Part shown: one piece after another, positions 47,854-57,808 of the stretch | Layout: each line of letters starts with the position of its first letter | Position numbering within the stretch: the first letter of the stretch is position 1 | Assembly (NCBI GenBank): GCA_017481945.1 | Contig: JAFUOJ010000018.1 | Location: forward strand, 58,744-122,743 | Length of the DNA stretch: 64,000 nucleotides | Source of the DNA: Parabacteroides sp. | GTDB lineage: Bacteria; Bacteroidota; Bacteroidia; Bacteroidales; Tannerellaceae | Direction of reading: 5' to 3' | Notes under the pieces: generated by a model | What the model was told of the DNA's origin: nothing | The model's input: only the letters and a program-made list of their open reading frames with translations | Database searches by the model: none | Program-made: the position numbers and the translations under genes

Positions 47854-49082
47854 TTCTTTTTCAATATACTGTTAATCACCCGAACAGAAGAAACCAATTT
47901 GTCTGTAGAGGTAAATACATCAACGTTCCACACATGCGAAGAACGTCCTTTATGAAGAATAGTCCCGACAGCACGTACGGTATCTCCTTCGTGCGCCGAT
48001 GACATATGATTTCCACTTACTTGCATTCCGACTACAATTTCATCCGGTTTTGCTAAAATCATAGACCCTAATCCTGCTACAGTTTCTGCCAGTGCCAATG
48101 TTGCTCCCCCATGTAAGATTCCAAAAGGTTGGCGAGTCCGTTCGTCTACCGGCATAGTCGCTTCTACCCGTTCTTCCGAAGCGTATGTGTATTGAATCCC
48201 CAAGTTTCCCATTAGCGCATGCTTTGCCCGCATGTTGAGCTGGTCAAGAGGAACTTCGGCGGGGCGGATATTTGAAAGGATTATTCGCTCTACAGCAATA
48301 GCTACACCCTCTTCTTCGTTGGATAATGTAGTTTTATCTACACAAGCTTTTACCGAATCCTCTGCGTTTCCCATTGCAATACCTATACCGGCCAATTGCA
48401 GCATGGTAACGTCGCATATGCCATCACCTATTGCGATTACCTCTTCGGGCTGGATAGATAATTTAGTCAGTAAAACACCTAATGTATTACCCTTATTAAT
48501 GAATTGAGGAACAACTTCTAAGAAATAGGGTTCAGAACGAAAAGCGTCCAGTACACCGTCTAAGCGTTTCTTCCAATGGTTCTCCAACCCGATTAATGCC
48601 TCTGTGTCATCGCTTACCAGTACACATTTACAAGGAGCAAAGTCAACAGCTTCTGCGAAATTGTTGGCTCCGATAACACGCATATTGTTTAGTTGCGCCT
48701 CTTGTATGACGTATGGATTTTCTGGCTTATTTGTTAAAATAAAGTCCTTGTGGTAAGTAAAAATGGCAAAGTTGTTTTTCTTTGCTTTCTTTTCAAGATA
48801 GGGGATCCATTCCGGATCGATACGTTTTTCGAATAGCAGCTCTCCTGTTTGGACATTAATCATTTGTCCTCCGTTGTAGGAGAGAACATATCCTCCGTAA
48901 TGATTCAATTCCAGTTTCTCAGCGATGGACATGATACCATTAGTAGGTCTCCCTGAAGCCAATACAATATGTACTCCCATTTGCTGTACTTTCAATAGAG
49001 TCGCTAATGTGCGAGGAGTAATCTCTTTTTGCTTGTTGAGCAATGTTCCGTCAACGTCAAGAACTAATAATTTATACTTCAT
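47850..49082 (-). CDS. Cof-type HAD-IIB hydrolase fused to hotdog-fold thioesterase (MenI/PaaI-like)
   Basis: DVDGTL, ASGRP, GDG.CD, AMGNA; C-terminal QPFGILHGGATLALAE. Confidence 0.9.
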   Translation of the reverse strand: MKYKLLVLDVDGTLLNKQKEITPRTLATLLKVQQMGVHIVLASGRPTNGIMSIAEKLELNHYGGYVLSYNGGQMINVQTGELLFEKRIDPEWIPYLEKKAKKNNFAIFTYHKDFILTNKPENPYVIQEAQLNNMRVIGANNFAEAVDFAPCKCVLVSDDTEALIGLENHWKKRLDGVLDAFRSEPYFLEVVPQFINKGNTLGVLLTKLSIQPEEVIAIGDGICDVTMLQLAGIGIAMGNAEDSVKACVDKTTLSNEEEGVAIAVERIILSNIRPAEVPLDQLNMRAKHALMGNLGIQYTYASEERVEATMPVDERTRQPFGILHGGATLALAETVAGLGSMILAKPDEIVVGMQVSGNHMSSAHEGDTVRAVGTILHKGRSSHVWNVDVFTSTDKLVSSVRVINSILKKK

Positions 49083-49227
49083 GACCGATCTCTTTTTTAA
49101 GTTGATAATACAAATTTAAGGAAAACACTGGAAAAACGAAGAAAATAGAAAGAATAATGAAATATAATAAGAGTAAATAGTTATTTTTGTCATTAGACAG
49201 TTTAGTAATCATAAAATACATATTTAT

Positions 49228-50232
49228 ATGAAGAAACTTATTTTTCTTTCGCTTTTAGGGGGGATGATTGGTTGTGCTGCTTCTTCATCCTTAAAGAATA
49301 AAACTGAAGATTCTAATAGTGCAAAAGTTTATCGGAATCCGGTTATAGATAAAAGTCTTCCAGACCCCTCTGTAATTAAAGGGGATGATTCTTATTTTTA
49401 TCTGTACGCAACAGAAAATATACGTAATCTTCCTATCCATCGTTCAAAGGATTTGATTAATTGGGAGTTTATGGGTACTGCTTTTACCAATGAGACACGA
49501 CCAAACTTTGAAGAAAAGGGAAGTATTTGGGCTCCGGATATTAATAAGGTAGGAAATAGGTATGTATTGTATTATTCAATGTCTGTTTGGGGTGGTGAAT
49601 GGACTTGTGGAATCGGATGTGCGACGGCAGATAAACCGGAAGGGCCTTTTACCGATAGAGGAAAACTCTTCCGAAGTAATGAAATAGATGTGCAAAACTC
49701 AATAGATCCTTTCTATATAGAGGATAAAGGGAAGAAGTATCTTTTCTGGGGAAGTTTTCGGGGAATCTATTACATAGAACTATCAAAAGACGGACTCTCT
49801 TTGAAAGAAGGAGCTAAACCTCAGCGGATAGCAGGAACGGCCTATGAAGGAACTTATATTCATAAAAGGAAAGGATACTATTATCTCTTTGCTTCTGTTG
49901 GAAGTTGTTGCGAGGGGTTGAAAAGTACATATACGACAGTAGTAGGACGCTCTAAAAGTCTTTTTGGTCCTTATTTGAATAAAAAAGGGGAACGTATGCT
50001 GGATAATAAACACGAAATATTGATTCGTAAAAATGAAGCATTTGTAGGAACCGGACATAACTCTGAGATTGTTACGGATAAAGCTGGTAATGATTGGATT
50101 TTTTATCATGCAGTCAAGGTGGCAAATCCGAAGGGACGTGTTCTTATGATGGATAAGGTGGAGTGGATAGATGGTTGGCCTTTTGTAAAGGAAAGTACAG
50201 CTTCTTTAGATTCGGAGGTACCTGTCTTTTAG
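49228..50232 (+). CDS. Glycoside hydrolase family 43 lipoprotein
   Basis: Lipobox IGC, PDPSV, WAPD, SIDPF, YEG, GTGHNS. Confidence 0.9.
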   Translation: MKKLIFLSLLGGMIGCAASSSLKNKTEDSNSAKVYRNPVIDKSLPDPSVIKGDDSYFYLYATENIRNLPIHRSKDLINWEFMGTAFTNETRPNFEEKGSIWAPDINKVGNRYVLYYSMSVWGGEWTCGIGCATADKPEGPFTDRGKLFRSNEIDVQNSIDPFYIEDKGKKYLFWGSFRGIYYIELSKDGLSLKEGAKPQRIAGTAYEGTYIHKRKGYYYLFASVGSCCEGLKSTYTTVVGRSKSLFGPYLNKKGERMLDNKHEILIRKNEAFVGTGHNSEIVTDKAGNDWIFYHAVKVANPKGRVLMMDKVEWIDGWPFVKESTASLDSEVPVF

Positions 50233-50281
50233 TCTGAAAGTATTTAGTATTGGTAAAGGATATGATTATTGAGATTGTAAA

Positions 50282-51715
50282 ATGGGGAATGTTATGAAAA
50301 GAATAAGTTTGTTTTGTCTTATAGGAGCTATTGGGTTGTTGTTTTCTTGTACTTCTGATACAATTACAATAAAAGGAAAAGTAAAGAATGTCGGAGGTGA
50401 AACTGTTCTTTATAATAGAACAATTCAAGGAGTATATTCAATGATTCCGGATACCCTACACTTGCAAAAAGATAGCTCTTTTATAATAAATGTATCAAGC
50501 AGTGAGGGAGAACGTTTTAGTTTCTTTGGTTTAAGTATGGGACAATTAGGATCTTTTTTCTCACGGCCGGGTACAACGGAAGTAGAGATTGATCTTTTAG
50601 CGGATGATGCAGATACAAGATTGCTTGTATTGGATGGGAAGAATAGGGAGACTGAACTCCTTCTGGAAGTCGAACAAGATCGACAGAAGAAAAAATGGAA
50701 GATAGCTAAAGATACGAACCCTGCTTCTGTCTATCAAAAGATAGTTACATTAGCCAAGTTATATGATAAGAAGTTGGTCGATGTTGATGATGTTTTTAGG
50801 CAGAAAGCACGACAGAATATTAGAATGCAATTGCTTTTTGCCTTTGAACAGAAGTTTAAGGAGGAATATTGTCGAGTATATGGACAAACAAAACAGGAGT
50901 GGATAAATACATTCCTGAAAGTGATAGAGTTTGTTGAGCTAAATAATCCGAATAATGTTTTTTCGCCTGTTTTTACGGAGGTTATTCAAAATGTAGCCGA
51001 GATTCAGCGTTTTGAAATCCAGAAGTCTGCAGCTAATACTCAAAGTCAGGATAAGAAGAATGAGGTTTTGTTTGGTTGGTACGAGAAAGAACTTCAAGGT
51101 CTTGTGCGAGAAGTTGCTTTGGCACAAATTATTTTACAAGATTATAAAACGGAAGCTTATGAGGAATCGATTGAAGCTTTGTATGACCGTTTTCTAAAAC
51201 TTTATCCAGAGAGCTTATTGAAACCTTTCTTAGAGGAGGCTGTGGCGAAAAATAAGTTCTTTAATGAAACTGTAATGTCTTCTAATGTCCATATCTTAGA
51301 TTCTGAAGAAATTCAGAGTTTGAATGATTTGTTGAGTCGTTATCGAGGCAAAGTTGTATATGTTGATATATGGGCTACGTGGTGCTGGTCTTGTCGAAAG
51401 GCTTTTGAACATATAGCTCCTCTACTTCAATATGCAAAAGAACGGGATATAATACTTTTTTTTATCTCTGTGGATGATTTATCTAAAAGATCGAAATGGA
51501 TTAAGATGGCTAATTTTTATAATCTTCAAGGAGAACACGTAATTGTAAATGAAGCTTATGAGTCAGATTTAAATGAGAAGTTTGGAACAAGTGGACATCT
51601 GTTCTTGCCTCATAGTGCGATTATTAATAAGAAGGGAGAAATACAATTTCGTAAAGCTGCGGGACTTGAACAGTTTGATAAGTTGAAAGAGCAGTTAGAA
51701 GAGGCTTTACATTAA
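50282..51715 (+). CDS. TlpA/ResA-like thioredoxin-domain lipoprotein
   Basis: Lipobox FSC; C-terminal GKVVYVDIWATWCWSC, ISVD. Confidence 0.85.
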   Translation: MGNVMKRISLFCLIGAIGLLFSCTSDTITIKGKVKNVGGETVLYNRTIQGVYSMIPDTLHLQKDSSFIINVSSSEGERFSFFGLSMGQLGSFFSRPGTTEVEIDLLADDADTRLLVLDGKNRETELLLEVEQDRQKKKWKIAKDTNPASVYQKIVTLAKLYDKKLVDVDDVFRQKARQNIRMQLLFAFEQKFKEEYCRVYGQTKQEWINTFLKVIEFVELNNPNNVFSPVFTEVIQNVAEIQRFEIQKSAANTQSQDKKNEVLFGWYEKELQGLVREVALAQIILQDYKTEAYEESIEALYDRFLKLYPESLLKPFLEEAVAKNKFFNETVMSSNVHILDSEEIQSLNDLLSRYRGKVVYVDIWATWCWSCRKAFEHIAPLLQYAKERDIILFFISVDDLSKRSKWIKMANFYNLQGEHVIVNEAYESDLNEKFGTSGHLFLPHSAIINKKGEIQFRKAAGLEQFDKLKEQLEEALH

Positions 51716-51725
51716 GCCTCTTCTA
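51696..51725. terminator. Hairpin overlapping the 3' ends of two convergent genes
   Basis: TAGAAGAGGCTT-tacatt-AAGCCTCTTCTA. Confidence 0.6.
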
Positions 51726-53633
51726 CATTGTTTCTTTGTGGATTTTGATTACTTCTCCTTGTTGTTTAATATAATTATAGAGCTCTCTATAAAACTTATG
51801 TTGTGTGAGTGTTGAAGCATCTCCGAGTATTATTAGTTTCATGCGGGCACGCGTAATAGCAACATTCATTCGACGCAAGTCGTTAAGAAAACCAATTTGT
51901 CCCTGTGTATTAGCTCGGACAAGACTAATCATTATCACATCCCGTTCTTGTCCTTGAAAGCCATCTACAGTATGAACGGTGATAAATTTCCGAAAAGGTT
52001 TAAAGAACGAATTTCGTTTGATGAGTCCTCGGATATATTGTACTTGTGACTTATAAGGAGAGATAAGCCCAAAGTCAATATGTTCCTCTAAAATTCTATC
52101 TCGACCTATTTTTTCAATGTAAGATTGCAAGTTTGATACTAATAGAATAGCTTCTTCTTTATTTATACGACTTACACTATCTGTCTGCTGTTCCTCTTCA
52201 AATTGACAGTCTGCTGTATCTACCCAAACAATGGGTGTGTCATATTCTAAAATCCCCCGATATCTGACTTCTGAAGCAGACTGTAGTTTATCATGGTAGA
52301 ACCAATGTGAGGAAAAACGCATAATATCATCGTGCATTCGATATTGTATTGTTAAGAGAGATAAAGCTTCTGGCTTACGTTGTGATACCTTTTGCATGAG
52401 GGTTTGGTCTAATCCTCTGCGAGCTGCCTCTATACATTTGATTGTCGGAGGTAACTGATGATGGTCTCCGGCTAAAATGACTCGGTCTGCTTTCCCTATA
52501 GCAATCCAACAAGCTGCTTCTAACGCTTGGGCTGCCTCATCAATGAAAAGAGTAGTAAAAGAGTGATTGGTTAATACTCGATTGTCTGATCCAACCAAAG
52601 TGCATGCGACAACACGTGCCTCTGCGAATAAGTCTGTATCTATCTTTACCTCTAACTCTGTCGCTCTAAAGCGAAGACGAGAAAGGCGATTACGAGCAGT
52701 CTCTTTGTCACTGTAATTCATCTTTCGCAGATTTGATTGTATCTCTCGAATCGCTTTTCGAATACCCCATAGTTCTACATAGTCTGGGTGAGACTCAAAA
52801 CGTCTTTCATAAGTATAAGAAAGCATTTTATCATTAACCCTTGTTGGGTTCCCTATGCGTAAAACAGAAATACCTCGATCTACTAATTTCTCTGATATCC
52901 AATCAACGGCTGTATTACTTTGGGCACAGACTAATACTTGATTTTCACGATGGAGTGTTTCATAAATGGCCTCAACCAAAGTTGTTGTTTTCCCAGTTCC
53001 TGGAGGACCATGTACTATGGCTACTTCCTTAGCAGCTAATACGTGGTTTACTGCCTCTTCTTGTGATGGATTTAACCAGGGAAAACGGATAGGGAATAGG
53101 GTGCGCCTACTAATAGAACTTTTCCCTAATAGAACGTCCCGAAGGTAGGCCAATCGATTTCCCTTGGCTTTCATAACGTTTGTCAAGGCATTAAACATCG
53201 TTTTATAACTAGTCTCGTCAAAGTAGAGTTGGACTCCTACATCAAGAGTATTTTGTAGCTCTATTAGCGTGTTTAGTGAGGGGAGTACAACAACCATACA
53301 ATCTTCTTGTACATAGCTGATCACTGCTGAGAAGTTTAGGTACTTCGGTTTACCTTTCAAATCAGTTGTAAAGAAACAGACAGGTCGCCCATATTCAAAA
53401 TAGTGTTCAATTTCTTTGTCCTCTTTACGGCTAACTTCAATGACGAGCTGGTTGAGAGAATTATAATAGCTTTTCCCGACTGTAATGGGATACCAACAAT
53501 ATCCTTGTAAGATACGTCGATGTATTCCAGCCTGTTCTGTTTGTTCCTGAAACATCTCTTTTTCATATTCAAACTCTTTTTGCAGTAACTCATATTGGAG
53601 TTGAAGCTCTTGTTGAGGAGATTGTATAACCAT
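51723..53633 (-). CDS. Superfamily 1 helicase (UPF1/DNA2/IGHMBP2-like)
   Basis: HGPPGTGKTT, IDEAAQ, GDHHQLPP, QYRM, VDGFQGQE, RRMNVAITRA; start at ATG 53633. Confidence 0.92.
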   Translation of the reverse strand: MVIQSPQQELQLQYELLQKEFEYEKEMFQEQTEQAGIHRRILQGYCWYPITVGKSYYNSLNQLVIEVSRKEDKEIEHYFEYGRPVCFFTTDLKGKPKYLNFSAVISYVQEDCMVVVLPSLNTLIELQNTLDVGVQLYFDETSYKTMFNALTNVMKAKGNRLAYLRDVLLGKSSISRRTLFPIRFPWLNPSQEEAVNHVLAAKEVAIVHGPPGTGKTTTLVEAIYETLHRENQVLVCAQSNTAVDWISEKLVDRGISVLRIGNPTRVNDKMLSYTYERRFESHPDYVELWGIRKAIREIQSNLRKMNYSDKETARNRLSRLRFRATELEVKIDTDLFAEARVVACTLVGSDNRVLTNHSFTTLFIDEAAQALEAACWIAIGKADRVILAGDHHQLPPTIKCIEAARRGLDQTLMQKVSQRKPEALSLLTIQYRMHDDIMRFSSHWFYHDKLQSASEVRYRGILEYDTPIVWVDTADCQFEEEQQTDSVSRINKEEAILLVSNLQSYIEKIGRDRILEEHIDFGLISPYKSQVQYIRGLIKRNSFFKPFRKFITVHTVDGFQGQERDVIMISLVRANTQGQIGFLNDLRRMNVAITRARMKLIILGDASTLTQHKFYRELYNYIKQQGEVIKIHKETM

Positions 53634-53746
53634 TTCTTGTACGAATTTACTTGTACAAAAGTACAATAAAAAACAAACTTTCATTCTCTGTTATCAATTA
53701 ATAAACTACCTTTGCCGCTATGAATAAAAAGGAAAAAACTATATCC

Positions 53747-55036
53747 ATGAATAAAACAGTTCAAGCACAAATTATAGATTTAATCCACCAAGAAGTTATT
53801 CCGGCTATCGGTTGTACGGAACCAGTAGCTGTAGCTTTGGCCACAGCAAAAGCTACGGAAGTATTAAATTGTAAACCGGAGAGAATAGAAGTCTTTTTAA
53901 GCGCTAATATATTAAAGAATGCAATGGGAGTGGGTATTCCTGGTACCGGTATGGTGGGATTACCGATTGCTGTTGCTTTAGGTGCATTAATAGGTAAATC
54001 TGAATACGGATTGGAGGTACTACGGGATTTGACTCCGGAGGCATTGGCTGAAGGAAAGCAGTTCATAAAGGAACGACGCATTCAAATCGCTTTAAAGGAA
54101 AACGTTGATAAGCTTTATATAGAAGTAGCTTGTACAGCTGGTGCGGAAAGTTCTCGGACCATTATTTCTCGTGAACATACCCATATTGTCTATGTCGAAA
54201 AGAACGGAGAGGCCCTCACTGATTTGAGGAAAGAGGAAATCGTTTCGGATAGTTCTGATGAAGAGGATACGCTTAAACTCTCTTTCTCTACAGTCTATGA
54301 GTTTGCTATGGAAATGCCGATAGAGGAGATTCGCTTTATTTTGGAGACTGCCAACTTGAATAAGAAGGCTGCCGAAGCTTCGATGAAAGGACACTTTGGA
54401 CATACTGTTAGTAAGACCGTCTCTGGTGTTTACGGACGTAAGTATATGGGAGATTCTGTTTTTACCCGTATGCTGTCCATGACGGCTGCCGCCTGTGACG
54501 CTCGTATGGATGGAGCCATGATTCCTGTGATGAGTAACTCTGGAAGTGGGAACCAAGGAATTGCAGCCACTTTACCCGTTGTATCGTTTGGGGAAGAGAT
54601 AAAATGTTCGGAAGAGCAATTGATTCGTGCTTTGATGTTAAGCCACTTGATGGTGATATATATTAAGCAGAGCTTAGGACGTCTGTCTGCTTTATGTGGT
54701 TGTGTAGTCGCTGCGACAGGAGCCAGTTGCGGAATTACCTATTTAATGGGAGGTAGTAAGACACAGATTTCGTATGCGATTAAGAATATGATCGGGAACA
54801 TTACGGGGATGATTTGCGATGGCGCCAAACCCAGTTGTGCCATGAAAGTTTCCAGTGGAGTCTCTACTGCTATGTTATCGGCTTTAATGGCGATGGAAGA
54901 TAAAGTTGTAACCTCTGTGGAAGGTATCATCGATGAAGACGTGGATAAATCAATAAAGAACTTGACTTCGATTGGTTCTATCGGTATGGAATCAACAGAC
55001 CGATTGGTTTTGGATATTATGACCGGGAAGAGTTGA
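53747..55036 (+). CDS. Serine dehydratase alpha-family / L-cysteine desulfidase (YhaM-like)
   Basis: PAIGCTEP, MSNSGSGNQG, LSALCGC, GMICDGAKPSCA; TACCTTTG at 53707 favours the second ATG (53747). Confidence 0.85.
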   Translation: MNKTVQAQIIDLIHQEVIPAIGCTEPVAVALATAKATEVLNCKPERIEVFLSANILKNAMGVGIPGTGMVGLPIAVALGALIGKSEYGLEVLRDLTPEALAEGKQFIKERRIQIALKENVDKLYIEVACTAGAESSRTIISREHTHIVYVEKNGEALTDLRKEEIVSDSSDEEDTLKLSFSTVYEFAMEMPIEEIRFILETANLNKKAAEASMKGHFGHTVSKTVSGVYGRKYMGDSVFTRMLSMTAAACDARMDGAMIPVMSNSGSGNQGIAATLPVVSFGEEIKCSEEQLIRALMLSHLMVIYIKQSLGRLSALCGCVVAATGASCGITYLMGGSKTQISYAIKNMIGNITGMICDGAKPSCAMKVSSGVSTAMLSALMAMEDKVVTSVEGIIDEDVDKSIKNLTSIGSIGMESTDRLVLDIMTGKS

Positions 55037-55041
55037 CAGAG

Positions 55042-56301
55042 TTATCTGCCAACTCCCTTCAGGTCATTCCCTGAGATATTCTGGAATACCTTTAACCCGA
55101 ATTCGGGGATGATTGCTAATACATGATCGAAAACATCTGACTGGATATTCTCATAAAGTACCCATTCCTTTACAGAAGAGAAAAAGTAAAGCTCAATCGG
55201 GATACCAGTCTCGGTCGGCTGTAACTGTCTTACCATGCAAGTGAGCTCTTTACTTACCTCCGGAATACTCCTCAAATAGTTGACTAAGTAGGCACGAAAG
55301 ACACCGATATTAGTCTGCCGTTTCCCGTTAACCTGAATGCTTGCGTCTATGTTGTGCTCTTGGTTATAGTTATGCAGTTCCGCCTCTTTACGGTCAATGT
55401 AGTCTGTCAGTAAAGAGATCTTACGGAACTTCTCTAACATCTCCGGCGTACAGAAGCAAACACTGTTCATATCAATATTTATCGACCGCTTAATTCGGCG
55501 CCCCGGCGACTCTGCCATGCCTCGCCAGTTCTGGAAGGCGTCACTGACTAAAGCATACGGAGGTATGGTTGTGATGGTATTGTCGAAGTTTCGCACCTTA
55601 ACTGCATTTAGAGTTACCTCCAGTACCGTCCCGTTGGCTCCATACTTCTCCATAGTGATCCAATCACCCGGATGTAGCATATCATTATAGGATAGCTGAA
55701 TGCCAGCAACGAACCCTAAGATCGTGTCTTTGAAGACCAACATCAGTATGGCTGCCGAAGCCCCCAGTCCGGTGAATAGAGTGACCGGAGATTTCCCGAT
55801 CAAGATACTGATGATTAGGATGGTTCCGATACAGTATATGCAGACCTGCAATAACTGGATGAATCCCTTGAGCGGTCTGTTTTTCAGTACCTCCTTCCGG
55901 TTGTAGACTTCGTGTATCACATCCAAGGAAGCCGTAACGAAGCGTAGGGAGACTGCAACGATATAAACCTGGCAACCCATCTGCAGAAAGCTCAGCAGCT
56001 TAGACGGCTCGTCGGGCGGGAAGGCCAACGGCAACAGCACGTACACCAAGATCGCCGGTATCATGTGCATTAGCTTATGGATGATCTTCCGTTCGACAAT
56101 GAGGTCATCCCATTGGTTCTTCGTTTTCTCCGCCAAGCGTTTGAACATGTTGAGGAAGAAGTACCGGCAAACGTAGTCGATTCCCACCGCAATTAGGATA
56201 ATCAGGATGAAAACGATGAGATTGTCTATCTCTGTTGCCGCGTCACTAATAATGCCCCATTCGATGAGGCGGTCATTTACCCATTTCTGTATTGTATGCA
56301 T
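55042..56301 (-). CDS. Mechanosensitive channel MscS family (YbdG-like), paralog 1
   Basis: GLGASAAILMLVFKDTILGFVAGIQL, GDWI, VRNFDNT, FQNWRGM, GRRIKRS; start at ATG 56301. Confidence 0.92.
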   Translation of the reverse strand: MHTIQKWVNDRLIEWGIISDAATEIDNLIVFILIILIAVGIDYVCRYFFLNMFKRLAEKTKNQWDDLIVERKIIHKLMHMIPAILVYVLLPLAFPPDEPSKLLSFLQMGCQVYIVAVSLRFVTASLDVIHEVYNRKEVLKNRPLKGFIQLLQVCIYCIGTILIISILIGKSPVTLFTGLGASAAILMLVFKDTILGFVAGIQLSYNDMLHPGDWITMEKYGANGTVLEVTLNAVKVRNFDNTITTIPPYALVSDAFQNWRGMAESPGRRIKRSINIDMNSVCFCTPEMLEKFRKISLLTDYIDRKEAELHNYNQEHNIDASIQVNGKRQTNIGVFRAYLVNYLRSIPEVSKELTCMVRQLQPTETGIPIELYFFSSVKEWVLYENIQSDVFDHVLAIIPEFGLKVFQNISGNDLKGVGR

Positions 56302-56351
56302 AGATGATCTTGTATTTAGTCGGGCAAAACTACAAACAAATTTCCAATCCA

Positions 56352-57521
56352 TTAATCAGAATATTGGTAAACCTTCAACTCAAACTGTGGTACCATCGCA
56401 AAGAGGTGGTCAAATATGTCCGATTGTATCCGCTCGTACTCTCTCCACACCTTGTTTCGTGAGAAGAAATAGATTTGGATGGGGACGCCATACTCGGTCG
56501 CTTGCAGCTGGCTGATGATTAGGTCCAGCTCCGTATTGACAACGGGCAGGCTACTCAGATACCTTTCTACATAGACGCGGAAAAGCTGGGAGTTCGTCGG
56601 GATGGCTTCCGCCTCCGGCTGATAGTCTGATAGCAACGGGATGGCTTGGCGAATGCGGTTCAGCAGCTCCGGCGTACAGAACTTGATGGTATTCAAATCC
56701 AGCACGATATTCTTCTTCACCCGCCTTCCTCCGGATTGCACCATCCCCCGCCAGTTCTGGAAGGAGCTGTTGACTAACGTGTAGGGCGGAACCGTCGCTA
56801 TCGTATTGTCGAAGTTCTGTATCTTCACCGTATTCAGCGTAATCTCCTGCACAATCCCGTTCGCATTGGCGCTGGGCACCGTAATCCAGTCGCCGGGTCG
56901 CAGCATGTCATTCGCTGAAAGCTGAATACCGGCTACGAATCCCAGGATCGTATCGCGAAAGACTAACATCAGAATCGCTGCCGAAGCCCCCAAACCCGTA
57001 AACAGGCTGGCGGGCGACTTATTGATAAGGATACTGATGATGATGATTCCGCCGATGAAGAAAAGCAGCACCTGCAAAATCTGCATAAGCCCCTTAATCG
57101 GTCGGTCCTTGCTGCTCGGCCGTTGGTTGTAGAGATCCAAGAAGGCTAGCAGGAGACTGTTGAACCCTAAGAGGATGGCAAACACGATGTAGATGGCGGA
57201 CACCTTCTGCGAGAGGGTCAGCAGCTCCCTTCCCTTGATGAACGCAAAAGGCAGCAGCGTGTACACCAGCACGCCGGGGATGATGTGAATCAGATGATGG
57301 GGCACTTTGCGCTGAAGCAGGGTCGCGACCCAAGGCGTGTGAGAATGCCGGACGAGCCGCTTCAGGCTGCCTACGAAGAGCGCCTGACTCACGTAGTTCA
57401 CACCGATGGCTACCACGACTAACAGACCGGCAATCACGATCTCGTCGATGTGATTCGCCCACTTAGGGTCTACTCCCCAATGAATTAGGATGTCATTCAT
57501 CCAGCTGCCCAAGTTCATCAT
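56352..57521 (-). CDS. Mechanosensitive channel MscS family (YbdG-like), paralog 2
   Basis: Same motif set (GLGASAAILMLVFRDTILG, FQNWRGM, QSDIFDH). Confidence 0.92.
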   Translation of the reverse strand: MMNLGSWMNDILIHWGVDPKWANHIDEIVIAGLLVVVAIGVNYVSQALFVGSLKRLVRHSHTPWVATLLQRKVPHHLIHIIPGVLVYTLLPFAFIKGRELLTLSQKVSAIYIVFAILLGFNSLLLAFLDLYNQRPSSKDRPIKGLMQILQVLLFFIGGIIIISILINKSPASLFTGLGASAAILMLVFRDTILGFVAGIQLSANDMLRPGDWITVPSANANGIVQEITLNTVKIQNFDNTIATVPPYTLVNSSFQNWRGMVQSGGRRVKKNIVLDLNTIKFCTPELLNRIRQAIPLLSDYQPEAEAIPTNSQLFRVYVERYLSSLPVVNTELDLIISQLQATEYGVPIQIYFFSRNKVWREYERIQSDIFDHLFAMVPQFELKVYQYSD

Positions 57522-57602
57522 ACGACCGTCTTTTAGGAGATAACAATCGGCTTCTTGATTTGTTTGCGGACGCCCATTTGGTCTCTAAAGACGAAACCGA
57601 AT

Positions 57603-57671
57603 AGTCGCGGAGGTAGCGACCGGTAAGTCGCGCCTCCAGCGACTGGTAAGTCGCGACACCCGCGAATGGAA
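57603..57671. repeat. Three 23-bp-period palindromic units (AGTCGC-N7-GCGACT-GGTA consensus)
   Basis: Units start at 57603, 57626, 57649 in the divergent mscS / peptidase intergenic region. Confidence 0.8.
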
Positions 57672-57808
57672 AGGGGAGCGGAAAAGAGACGGAAAGAGGC
57701 TCTTTTTTAGGGTGTAGAGGTGATTTGGTGTCGGATTTACTAAAAACGTTGTATCTTTGTGAAAGATATAGTACAGATAATAATCGGACCGTGAAATAAA
57801 AAATAAGG

